A program made the position numbers and the translations under genes. Of a DNA stretch of 64,000 nt, positions 20,276 to 29,358 are shown piece after piece (within the stretch, counting starts at the first letter, position 1; every line of letters starts with the position of its first letter). The notes beneath the pieces were generated by a model. It was not told the DNA's origin, searched no databases, and saw only the letters and a program-made list of their open reading frames with translations. Source of the DNA: Candidatus Multivorans sp. (GTDB taxonomy: Bacteria; Acidobacteriota; Thermoanaerobaculia; Multivoradales; Multivoraceae); assembly GCA_965224025.1 (NCBI GenBank), contig OZ245033.1, positions 2,528,001-2,592,000 of the forward strand. Direction: 5' to 3'.

Positions 20276-23200
20276 GGCTGTTCCTCGGGGGTGGGCGACG
20301 GTGTGTCTTCCGGGGCAGAGGCTTCGGGTCGCGCGACGGCGGAGGCCGAAACATGGGCGGCGCCGCTAGCGAAGCGGGTCAGTTGTTCGGCCAGTTCCTC
20401 GGGGGCGTCGCCGTTCATCGTCAGGCCATCGGTGAAGTCGAGCGTGAACGTCGCTTGGATGTTGGAAGCGGCGGCCCCCCGGAACTGCGGTTCGAGGAAT
20501 TCCCGGACCGGCTGTGCGTCGGACGGTGGGCCTCTAAACTCCTCCAGCAGGAAGTGGCCCCCGCCGCGCGTCTCATAGCCGCCTTCCAACCGCACTGTCT
20601 TCGCGGCGCCAGCGACTGCGTTCACCGCGTTCACCATGGGGAAGGCGTCGCGCGACTCGAACATCTGGATGGCCAGCGCGTCGAGCGCTTCTACGTTACG
20701 GTCGCGCGCCTGCTCCCAGAGCTTCGTCAGCGCCTCGCGGAACGGTCCTTCGGCAGCGAACTCGGCCTTTCCTGGAGTGGCGTGAGGCGACGTGGGTGGA
20801 GTCGTGTCATCGCTGGGGCGCTCTCGGATCTCGCTGGAGGTCTTGCTCTCCTTGTCCTCCCTGGTGGGTCGGGGCCAGATCGACTCGTTTCTGGCATAGG
20901 CCATGGTGAAGATCATTGACTGTTCGTCGATCTCGATCGTCGGCGCCGGATCGCCGGGACCGAAGAGCAATTCTCCGCGCTGGTAGACGTACTCGCCAAG
21001 CTCCACTCCCCGGCGAATTCCCCGCACGAACACGTCGTTTCCCGAGAGCATGGGAAGTCCCGGATCGCGCCGGAACTCGTCGCGCAGAGCGCCGGTCGAG
21101 ATCTGCCCCTTCTTGAGCGGCGTGCGGTCGCGAACAAAGGCGGCAGAGTCGGGCTGGTCCTCGGACAGTCGCAGCTTGCCGAGGTCACGCAGGGCGCGCA
21201 CGACTTGCTGCTGGCCCGCGCCGGGCCGGTCGGAGGAGGAGTGCATGTCGACCGCGGAGTGCGCGAGGTCGACGTGCCGGCTTCCGATCCGGTTCCTCGA
21301 GGGGTAGAAGATGTGCCGGTAGGCCTGCTGGATGGCGATTGCGAGTTCCTGTTCGGAGCGCTTCTCCTGCTCGCGAACCTGGTTCTGTTGATGCTCGGCT
21401 AGTTCGGCGAGGCGTTCCGGCTTCTTCATCTCGCGCAGCGCCAGCCTTCGCCTGCTGCGGTCCTGCATGTTGGACTTGCGGGCGTCTTCCGGGGCCACGA
21501 AGACGAGGTGATTGCGCAGCGACCGCAACGCGGCGCTTTGCGCCCCCTTGCGCGAGTAGATGCGTTCGATGAGATCGGGAACTTCCTCGACCGCCGGACC
21601 GACGGCTACCCCATCGTAGGAGAGCACGACGAGCTTTGGCCGCCCGTCGCCGACCTCGTCCGGCACGTCGAAGGGTCCGCCGGGGAAGGTGACTGCGTCG
21701 AAGACCGTGCCCGAGAAGATCTGGCGGATGCGGTCGTTCAGTTCGACGCGCGCCTCGCCGCTGTCGACGTGCTGCTCCTCCCGCCGGATGATCTGGCTCA
21801 GATTCGCCTCTGCCAGGAAGCGCAGGGGGGCGGCTGGCCGGTCGTCGAGGTAGGCCGATTCGGCCACGAACTTCTTGCGGGCTTCCTCGACGAAGCTGAT
21901 GTCGAGAGCCGGGCCGAGCATCGAGTAGCGCAGTTGGTCGGGCGCCAGCCCCTTCAGTGGTTCGTTGAACGCCAACGTATGCATGAAGATCGTCGCGCCG
22001 CATACTCGGCGTACGGCGGCATGGCGCGATGGTGCGTGGCGTCGATCTCCTGGGCCAGCGACCTTTTGTCACCGGGTCCCGTGATGTCGTTGGCAATCGC
22101 CGGGGCGTAGGCATCCTGACCGAGGCGCGTGAGGATCTCCTGACGGATCGGCTCGTGCCCCGGATCGATGTGGTGCAGGTGGATTGCGGTGGCGTCGCCG
22201 GGCCGCTCTTCCCACAACTGACCAACGGTGCGCGCAAGCAGACGCAGCATGCCGCGCACGCGCTGGAACGTGGCGAGCGTGGCCGTCTTGCCGGTCAGCG
22301 TCTCCAGGACTTCTGGATGCAGGGGATAGCTGGCGCGGAAAGCGCTCGCCGTCTCGGAGTGGTTGGCCCAAGCGGGAAGCGAGTCGCCGTGGGCGGCCCA
22401 GAGCTCGCGGTAGGCATCGACGACTTCGGTGCCTCCTCCTGCATCATCGATGCTCTCGAACAGGCGCCGCCGGAGCACCTGGGTGGTCTCGTCGTCCGCG
22501 GTTGGGTTCAGCAGCGTCGCCTTGCGGGCTGAGACGCTCTCCGCCTCCGCCATCTGGTCGGCGATGAAGCGGTTTTCCTCGCTGTAGGCATCGGGCGCGC
22601 CGCTGTCCCCCTTGCCGATCGCCAGCGTGTAGACGAGTACCGCGTTCGGCGCGTCTTCGATCGCTTTGAACAGCGACGTCAGGAAGGCGGTCAACTGGTC
22701 CTGCGCGTCGTCGAGCCGGCGGACCTTGCGCAGGTAGACGGAGAGTTCGTCGAGCAGAATGAGGGTCGGCTCGCCGCCGAACAGCTCCTGAAGCGTCCCG
22801 GCACCGGGCGCCACCCGCATCCGGTCGCTGTTGCGTACGCGCTCGTAGCCGGTGGCGCCGGCGAGCGCGTAGGCGATCTCGCCCCACGGCGTGTAGGCCA
22901 GAATGCCGTCGCCGAGCGCTCGTCCGTTGGCGGGGTCGGCGTTCTCACCGTCGAACGCGGCGACGCGCACCGGGCCTTCGGGCAGGAGGGACCGGTCGAG
23001 GAACTCGGCAGAGTTGGCAACGCCTCGCATTCCCCGGGCTGCGTGGACCAGCGCGATGAGGCCGTGGGTCTTGCCGCCCCCGTAGGACGTGTCGAGGCGG
23101 AAGATGGCCGCTGCTTCGCCGCCCGCACCGCTGAGTCGCCGGCAGACGTTGTCGAGCAGATTCCGCAGGCCGCGGGTGGGGTAGGTGTTGGCGAAGAACT

Positions 23201-23339
23201 GTGCAGGGTCGATGTAGGCCGGACTACCAGCGCCGCTGACGACCGAGGCGAGATCGGCGGCGAAGTCGGCGTCGGCCACCGCTCCGCGGAGGATGTCCTC
23301 GCGTGGTCGGCAGGTCTCGAAGATCGTCGGGATTGCCAT
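20272..23339 (-). pseudogene. DUF499 AAA+ ATPase, frameshifted near 21985
   Basis: Motifs CRPREDIL, FFANTYPT, Walker A YGGGKTH, Walker B ILLDEL, SYPLHPE and TFQRVRGMLRLLA. It continues in another frame as 21984-20272. Confidence 0.88.
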
Positions 23340-23358
23340 CTCGGCGGAAGGATAGCGT

Positions 23359-24426
23359 CTACAGCGCGGCGTCGTCGGTGAGGCGAGCGGGGTTGTAGGG
23401 CAGGGCCGGCCGGTCCAGGAACTGGGCTGCCGCCTCGTCGCCAAGGGCATCGAGAGCCGCTTCCGCAGCCAACGGCAGGTCGGCGGCGGCTCTGCGCCAG
23501 TCGTCGAGTTCGATGGGCTTGGCGTTCGTCGGAGGCTCGATCCGAACGAGCCTGTCTGCGCCAATGAGCAACCCGGCTTGGCCGTTGGCGTTCTGGGCCT
23601 GGAGGTCCATGGCGGCCAGAATGAGGTCCGACCATAGGAGCTTTCCACCCAACCGGATCTTCCAGTTGCCAACCCGCCGACGGGCAGCTCCGCATCCCAA
23701 GCCGAGGATGCGGACTTGGTCGCGAGAGATGTCGAAGCACGACAGCGCTTCGGTCAGCGCGACCATGGTCGGGTTGTTGGCCCAGACGCCTCCGTCGACC
23801 AGTACATAACCGCTGCCGTCGCGGAGCGGCTGGAAGAACGTAGGCGCCGCCGAAGTCGCCTCACCGACCGCGACCATCCCCTTCGCGCCGTCTAGGTGGT
23901 AGTCGGAATGGTGGGGCGTCTTGTAGACGAAGACCTCGCCATGCAGCCCTTCCATGGCGGGCACACAGAGTCGTGCGCAGGACTGACCTAGTCGTAGACC
24001 GCCGAACGACTCCTCCAGGAGACGGCTCAGGGCAGCACGGTCGTAGCGGTAGCGAACCAGGCCCGTGGCGCCGCGCAAGAGCGCTCCGAGGCGGCCAGAA
24101 CGCGTCGGTGGGAACACCTCGCCGCCGCGGTCGATGTAGAGGTCTCGAAGTCGCGCAGCGGGCAGGCCGGCCCCGAGGCCCAGCGCGATGATCCCTCCGG
24201 TTGACGTACCCGCGATCAGGTCGAAGTAGCGGGTGATCGGCTCGCCCCCCAGGTACCGCTCTTCAAGACCGGCCAGGAAGGCAGCCGGGAAGATCCCCCT
24301 GATGCCGCCGCCGTCGATGGAGAGCACGCGGAACTCGCGGTCTGCGGGCCATGGCAGCCGTTTGCGCCGCCGCCTGATCGCTCCCGCGGACCGCGGGGGT
24401 GGTTCATTGTTCCGGGAGGCGTTCAG
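23359..24426 (-). CDS. CBASS patatin-like phospholipase effector (CapV-like)
   Basis: LSIDGGGIRG, GTSTG and DGG motifs are intact. The frame is open up to a CTG at 24426 preceded by a GAGGA RBS; the start position is uncertain. Confidence 0.88.
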   Translation of the reverse strand: MNASRNNEPPPRSAGAIRRRRKRLPWPADREFRVLSIDGGGIRGIFPAAFLAGLEERYLGGEPITRYFDLIAGTSTGGIIALGLGAGLPAARLRDLYIDRGGEVFPPTRSGRLGALLRGATGLVRYRYDRAALSRLLEESFGGLRLGQSCARLCVPAMEGLHGEVFVYKTPHHSDYHLDGAKGMVAVGEATSAAPTFFQPLRDGSGYVLVDGGVWANNPTMVALTEALSCFDISRDQVRILGLGCGAARRRVGNWKIRLGGKLLWSDLILAAMDLQAQNANGQAGLLIGADRLVRIEPPTNAKPIELDDWRRAAADLPLAAEAALDALGDEAAAQFLDRPALPYNPARLTDDAAL

Positions 24427-24469
24427 AGTGCTTCCTCAGGGCACGGCGGCTGCTTCAGTCGCGTTCCGG

Positions 24470-24877
24470 TCAGATGCCGGTCCTGAGCCAGAACTCGTAG
24501 CGCCAGAGCCACTCAGCGGTCCAAGGCACGATCGTGTCGGCGATCGAGAGTCCGGGGTGCCACTCGTCGCCGGCGAGGTCGTGGAGGCACAGGAGTGGCA
24601 GGTACGGCGTGTGCTCGTTCACGTACACATGCGGGATCGGTTGATCCGGTTGCGCCGAACGACGGTGAAGGAGAGGCGCCGTCACACGCACTTCGGGCAT
24701 GGCGTGACGGACTGGGCTCCTGCGATGCAACCGGTGGAGGATCTCGACTTTGTAGGGCCGGCCGTCTGGCTTGAGCTTCCCTTCCCAGTGGATTCTGGTC
24801 TTGGTTCTATCCAGGACGTTGAAGTTGCTCCAGCGCCGTCGCATGCGGTGCTGTTGCTCGTAGGTCGACAGGGTCAT
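24470..24877 (-). CDS. CBASS E2-like ubiquitin-conjugating protein (short type II)
   Basis: Reads WEGKLKP...PHVY...LCLH...EW...IADTIVPW..EWL..YEFW..TG. The stop falls where homologues usually have Trp (TGxW), so the C-terminus may be clipped. Confidence 0.78.
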   Translation of the reverse strand: MTLSTYEQQHRMRRRWSNFNVLDRTKTRIHWEGKLKPDGRPYKVEILHRLHRRSPVRHAMPEVRVTAPLLHRRSAQPDQPIPHVYVNEHTPYLPLLCLHDLAGDEWHPGLSIADTIVPWTAEWLWRYEFWLRTGI

Positions 24878-26124
24878 AGTCCGTCCTCCCCGTCGCCGTG
24901 AAAGGTGTGGCGGGGCACGGTTCTACGGGCGGTATGTACTGCGGCCGCGGTGCCTGCGATCACGCCCCCGGTCGAGGTCACGCGTACGGGCCCTCGTGGG
25001 ATTGCCTTGAGGTGGGGCTCGATCGCCTTGAGGGCTGGGGCTTCGCCGAACAGGCCGGCCAGGATTCCCCTGATCTCATCGATGTTGGAGCTTCGTTGGA
25101 GCGCTAGCAGGTCGGCGACGAGGTTCCTCGAGTCAGTGATGAACGTCGCCTGCGCGTCCAGGTTTCCTGGCCAGCGATCCGTCAGTATGTCGGCAGGGCA
25201 CACCGGGTTCGCGACGTGGAGAAGTCGGCCACCCGTGTTCAAGTGCTCGAACTCGGCAAGGAGAGTTTGTGCCAGTTGAAGCAGAACGTGCAGCAGGCTT
25301 GGGCCACTCACTACTGCCTCAGCGGCGGCGTCGGCGACGAGCTTCGACAGCACGACAGACGGAGGTCGGCGACCGGTCCGCTTGTCGTACCTGACGTTGC
25401 GGCAACGCTTCAATAGCTGGAGTGCCACGACCACCCGGGGCTTCCAGTCCACTGGTATCGGTGGCGGTACCGGCTCAGCAGCCAGGATTCTCTCGTAGGC
25501 TTCGGCGCGACCCGTGAACCACCGGGAGAAGTCGCGATCGTCCGGCATCCGCATCTTGAACCACTCGGCGAAACCGTACGGGTTGGCGATCAGACTCTTA
25601 CCGGCATCGAATTGGCGCTTCGACTCGTGCTCGAAGATCCAGCTTTGCCGGGGAGGTGTTCCGGCTTGGAGGATCGCTGGTGTCAGGTCGACGTGCATGC
25701 CGTCGCCGTAGCTGACCGTCACGCAGCGACTTCGGCGGCGCGTACGTCCGAAGTAACGCGAGCCCGGTTCGCCGCGAACGGCCCTGAACAAGGCGTCCAG
25801 GACGTCGCAGGGTGCGGTTGCGGCCGGCAGGCCTAGCTGGGTCACCGCGTCGATGTCGAACTCGTCGTTGGTGACGCGGGAATTGATCGTCGCCCCGATC
25901 CTCATCGATCCCTGTGCGTAGGTCGTCTGTACGAGGCCATGCAGGGGACTGCCGTGGCGCTGGATCCACTGATCCAGTGTCTCGTACCTCTCGGTGGCTA
26001 GGCGATGCTGGGTTGGGCTGAGCTGGATCCGAATCGCGATGTCGGCAAGGAGTTCGTCTACCATGCTTGATCCGGCTCCACGGCTGGTGACGTCTGTCCG
26101 AGTAGGCTTCGTGTAGTCGTTCAT
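24874..26124 (-). CDS. CD-NTase (cGAS/DncV-like cyclic oligonucleotide synthase, SMODS)
   Basis: Motifs YAQGS, EFDID, HVDLTP and ANPYGFAEWF, with C-terminal HTFHG-DGEDGL. Lies next to E2 and patatin genes. Confidence 0.9.
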   Translation of the reverse strand: MNDYTKPTRTDVTSRGAGSSMVDELLADIAIRIQLSPTQHRLATERYETLDQWIQRHGSPLHGLVQTTYAQGSMRIGATINSRVTNDEFDIDAVTQLGLPAATAPCDVLDALFRAVRGEPGSRYFGRTRRRSRCVTVSYGDGMHVDLTPAILQAGTPPRQSWIFEHESKRQFDAGKSLIANPYGFAEWFKMRMPDDRDFSRWFTGRAEAYERILAAEPVPPPIPVDWKPRVVVALQLLKRCRNVRYDKRTGRRPPSVVLSKLVADAAAEAVVSGPSLLHVLLQLAQTLLAEFEHLNTGGRLLHVANPVCPADILTDRWPGNLDAQATFITDSRNLVADLLALQRSSNIDEIRGILAGLFGEAPALKAIEPHLKAIPRGPVRVTSTGGVIAGTAAAVHTARRTVPRHTFHGDGEDGL

Positions 26125-26176
26125 CGATGTGATCTCCGGCCAGGTCCTGGATCGCGACGCGCGGGTCCTCCACGCG

Positions 26177-26246
26177 GGAAGTGTACGTCGTCAAGTTTAC
26201 AAAGGTATCGCATGATACGCGATTTGACAACCCGTGCTACACTTCC
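26177..26246. promoter_or_regulatory. Nested dyad operator / divergent promoter between CBASS and the HTH-IrrE gene
   Basis: GGAAGTGTA-N19-GTATC-GCAT-GATAC-N19-TACACTTCC, with both arm pairs centred at 26211.5. The outer arms give a TACACT (-10-like) hexamer on each strand. Confidence 0.65.
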
Positions 26247-26388
26247 TAAGTCAGGACGAAGTAGCGGCGAGGAAGATCTCGATCTCGACGAGAGGCATAA
26301 GTCGTTGCCGATCAGCACTTTGCGGCCTATACATGTGTCGTCTGTCTGGCTTGTTCACGCTTGCGGTCCGGCCTGAGGAAGACGATCC

Positions 26389-27471
26389 GTGATCGGAGCG
26401 CGCCTGAAGCTGGCCCGCACGAGAGCGGGCCTGTCCCTGCGCGGTCTGGAGGAGCACATGGGCAGGCTCGTCACTGCGCAGGCGATCGGCAAGTACGAGC
26501 GCGGCGAGTCGTCACCTCGGCCCCATGTGCTGGAGGCTCTGGCCCGCGCCCTCGACGTTACGGTGGACTACCTGTTTGAGGAGGACTCGCTACAGATCTC
26601 CGCGATCGAGTTTCGACGCAAGGGGCGCTTGGGGAAGCGCCAGTTCGCGAGAATCGAGGCCCAGGCCGTGGACGCGCTCGAGCGCTACCTCGCCGTTGAA
26701 GACGTTCTGGGCATCCCGAATCCGCGTTGGAAGGCGCCGTTTGGCGCGATCGCTGGGTTAGGTGCGCCTTCCGAGGCAGAGAAGGTTGCTGAGCGTGTAC
26801 GCGACTGCTGGTGCCTGGGTGACGGCCCCATCCGCAGCATGGTTGGCTTGGTCGAAGACAATGGGGTTCGGGTCCTCGCCTTGGACTTTGGCGGCGGCAG
26901 GCTGGATGGCTTCATGGCTGCTGCGCGACGTGCTGACGGAGAGGAGCTCTCGGTCATCGTGGTAAACGAGAGGAAGAAGGACGGCGAACGCCGCCGGTTC
27001 ACGGTGGCGCACGAACTGCACCATTTACTGCTGGGCGGCGGAGAGGACAGGAAGGCGGAGCAAGCGGCCCACCGCTTCGCCGGCGTACTCCTGATGCCGG
27101 AAGCGGCATTGCGGGACCGGCTCGGCACGCGGCGTACCTCCGTGGCCTGGGAGGAGCTCATTACTCTTAAGCGCCTGTTCGGCGTAAGCCTGCAAGCGCT
27201 CACGTTTCGCTGTCGAGAGTTGGGGATCTTCAGCGTGGCGCTATCCCGGCAGCTCCATCGGGAGTTCTTGCGACGCGGTTGGAGCCGCCCGCCGTATGCC
27301 GAGCCGGAGGTGTCGAAGCCCGAAATTCCCAGCCGATTCCGGAATTTCTGCCTTCGCGCTCTTGCTGAAGGCCGCGTTGATGCGCTCAGGGCGGCGGAGC
27401 TTCTGGGAACATCAGTCGAGGCGCTGTACGGCCAGTCGGTCGATCAGCCTCTTCACACAGGCGGCGCCTGA
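26389..27471 (+). CDS. XRE-HTH plus ImmA/IrrE metallopeptidase regulator (CapH/CapP-like fusion)
   Basis: HTH IGARLKLARTRAGLSL...KYERG and HExxH motif RRRFTVAHELHH. Transcribed divergently from the CD-NTase. Confidence 0.88.
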   Translation: MIGARLKLARTRAGLSLRGLEEHMGRLVTAQAIGKYERGESSPRPHVLEALARALDVTVDYLFEEDSLQISAIEFRRKGRLGKRQFARIEAQAVDALERYLAVEDVLGIPNPRWKAPFGAIAGLGAPSEAEKVAERVRDCWCLGDGPIRSMVGLVEDNGVRVLALDFGGGRLDGFMAAARRADGEELSVIVVNERKKDGERRRFTVAHELHHLLLGGGEDRKAEQAAHRFAGVLLMPEAALRDRLGTRRTSVAWEELITLKRLFGVSLQALTFRCRELGIFSVALSRQLHREFLRRGWSRPPYAEPEVSKPEIPSRFRNFCLRALAEGRVDALRAAELLGTSVEALYGQSVDQPLHTGGA

Positions 27472-27530
27472 GAACTCGCCAACCTCCGACCACCGTAGTC
27501 GGTGCCGGTCGTCGCTGTCGCGGAAGTGCT

Positions 27531-27643
27531 GGCGTCTTCCGACAGTTGCTCGATTGTGCTGAGAACGCGGCGAAGTGGCCCTGATCGCCGATGCGCCGAA
27601 TGTCTCACTCGGCACCCTTGGACAGTAGGACCTTGATCGTCAG
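27531..27643 (-). pseudogene. RelE/ParE toxin remnant
   Basis: Reads (M)TIKVLLSKGAE*DIRRIGDQG / LRRVLSTIEQLSEDA. The start overlaps the antitoxin stop; there is a TGA at 27605-27607 and a frameshift. Confidence 0.55.
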
Positions 27644-27899
27644 ACTCCGAGATCGCGCTTCAAACGTCCGCAAGAGGAACGCCGCCGTTCGCTCTGTAGT
27701 CGGCCAGTGCGTCGAGGGCGTCGAGTAAATCCAGACGATCCTCGAGTGCTTCCAGCATCTCGAGATCGGAGGGCGGCACCAGCGCGGCCACGGTCTTGCC
27801 GCGTTTCTGGACGGCGATTCGCGTACCCGCGGAGTGGACCCAGCCTGTGATTCCAGTGACGTTCGCCTGAAGTTCGGCGATGGGGAGTGTGTTGTGCAT
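27640..27899 (-). pseudogene. Phd/YefM antitoxin with a frameshift near the C-terminus
   Basis: Motif RIAVQKRGKTVAALVPPSDLEMLEALED. The tail (LKRDLGV*) lies in a shifted frame. Confidence 0.7.
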
Positions 27900-28004
27900 G
27901 GCTACGGCCTCGCGCTGTCTCGGTCAGAGAATACGCCACTCCCTGGAACCGGGCCGAACGGTCCTGGGCTCGGCCGCAACGGATAGTGCCCGCTTGTGTG
28001 GCCC

Positions 28005-28230
28005 TCAGCCGCCTTGAGACGCCGGGAACCCCTCCAGGAACCAGTATTCCCCCTCGACCGCGCCGGCCTCCTCGCCGACCGCGCCGGCTTCAGGCGTCGC
28101 CATGTAGGCCTCCGCCCTCGCCCGGTCCTCGACACCGAGGATGAAGAACACCTCGTCCTCCTTGTCGGCCGAGCGCCAGACGTGCCTGACCGACAATCCG
28201 GCGGCCATTCCGGCGGCCTCCTGCTCGGTC
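28005..28230 (-). pseudogene. Small alpha/beta protein, 5'-truncated by the IS remnant
   Basis: Reads RHVWRSADKEDEVFFILGVEDRARAEAYM. The upstream sequence is replaced by an IS3 orfA fragment. Confidence 0.5.
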
Positions 28231-28438
28231 TCGCCAGCACTTCCAGGTCGGGAACCGCCCCGGCGGGCGCCGCGCCGGCCGGGGGGGCCTCGTCGCTACG
28301 CTCCTCAACCCCCGCGGCCGGGAGCTCCGAGCCGCCGCCAAACCTCTGCTCTCGTCTTGCCATCCATCCTCCTTGCCAACGCGTGCCCTCCACTATTCAA
28401 CGGGATGCCCGCTGTGTCACCTACGTTGGCAGAGAGGG
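28231..28438 (-). mobile_element. Truncated copy (left end plus start of orfA) of the IS at 122-1720
   Basis: Near-identical to about 1513-1720, including the IR and the terminal GAGAGGG. Confidence 0.9.
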
Positions 28439-28474
28439 CAGCGAGGAATGAGTCTACGGTCTCCATACGCTCGG

Positions 28475-29358
28475 CTAGTCCTCCCGCTCGACCCACCAGC
28501 CCCTGGTTCCGGGCACGAACGCGGTAACGCCTGACGGTCCGAGTTCGACGCCGCGCATGCGCTTGCTGAAGCCCCAGGTGGTGCTGTAGTTCCACAGGAA
28601 CAGGGCCGGCTGGTCGGCCTGGACCTGGGCCTGGAGTTCGCGCAGCAGTTCGGCGCGGCGTTCGCGGTCGAGTTCGACGCGGGAGCGGTCGAACAACTCG
28701 TCGACCTTGGGGTTGCTGTAGCTGTCGTAGTTGCGGCCGTTTTCGATCGCTTCGCTGTGGAAGAAGTTGCGCCAGATGTCGGGGTCGGCGAAGACCTGGT
28801 AGGTGTCGACGCGGGCGATCATCTCGTGCTGGATCAGCCGCGGCGAGCGGCTGGCGTTCTCCTGGATCTCGGTGTCGAAGGAGACGCCGATGCGGCGCAG
28901 GTCGTCGCGGTAGATGTCGACCATGCGGCGGGCGTCGACGAAGGACTGCGGCAGGTTCATCATGAAGTGGAACCGCACCTGCTCGCCGTCGGTCTCCTTG
29001 TAGCGCCAGCCGTCGTCCGGGTTCGTCAGCCAGCCGGCTTCGTCCAGTACCGCGGCCGTCTTGTCCAGGTCGTACTCGAGCGGCTCGACATTCGTATTGT
29101 GGCTCCAATGACTCGGCGGGAACATGCCGTTCGAGCGTGTGTAGACGTTCCAGCTCACCTGCCTCAGCACGCGCTCGGCGTCGTAGGCGTGAGCCATCGC
29201 GCGCCGCACCCGGACGTCGCCGAAGAAGGGGTTGTTCCCGCCCTGTTGCCAGCCGATGTAGGCCTGCATCCAGCGCGGCCCCCCGGGCTGGCGGGGTTGC
29301 CCAGGCAACCCGTCAGCGCCAGGGCGGCGAGCGCGGCGACGCCCAGCCGAGCGATCAT
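28475..29358 (-). pseudogene. Peptide ABC transporter substrate-binding lipoprotein, internally deleted
   Basis: The lipoprotein signal MIARLGVAALAALALTGC is joined out of frame near 29280 to the SBP_bac_5 C-terminal part (FGDVRVRRAMAHA, YSNPKVDEL). Confidence 0.8.

Noticed and set aside
13168-23339. Assignment as BREX or DISARM
   Set aside because: No PglZ, BrxA/B/L or DrmA/DrmB (DUF1998) gene is present. The DUF499 + DUF1156 + SNF2 content fits the restriction-like system better.
26121-26318. Small ORFs upstream of the CD-NTase
   Set aside because: They show no motif or convincing RBS and overlap the dyad/promoter region.
11424-28438. Integrative element or prophage boundaries for the defence island
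   Set aside because: No integrase, tRNA, att-like direct repeat or phage structural gene was recognised.
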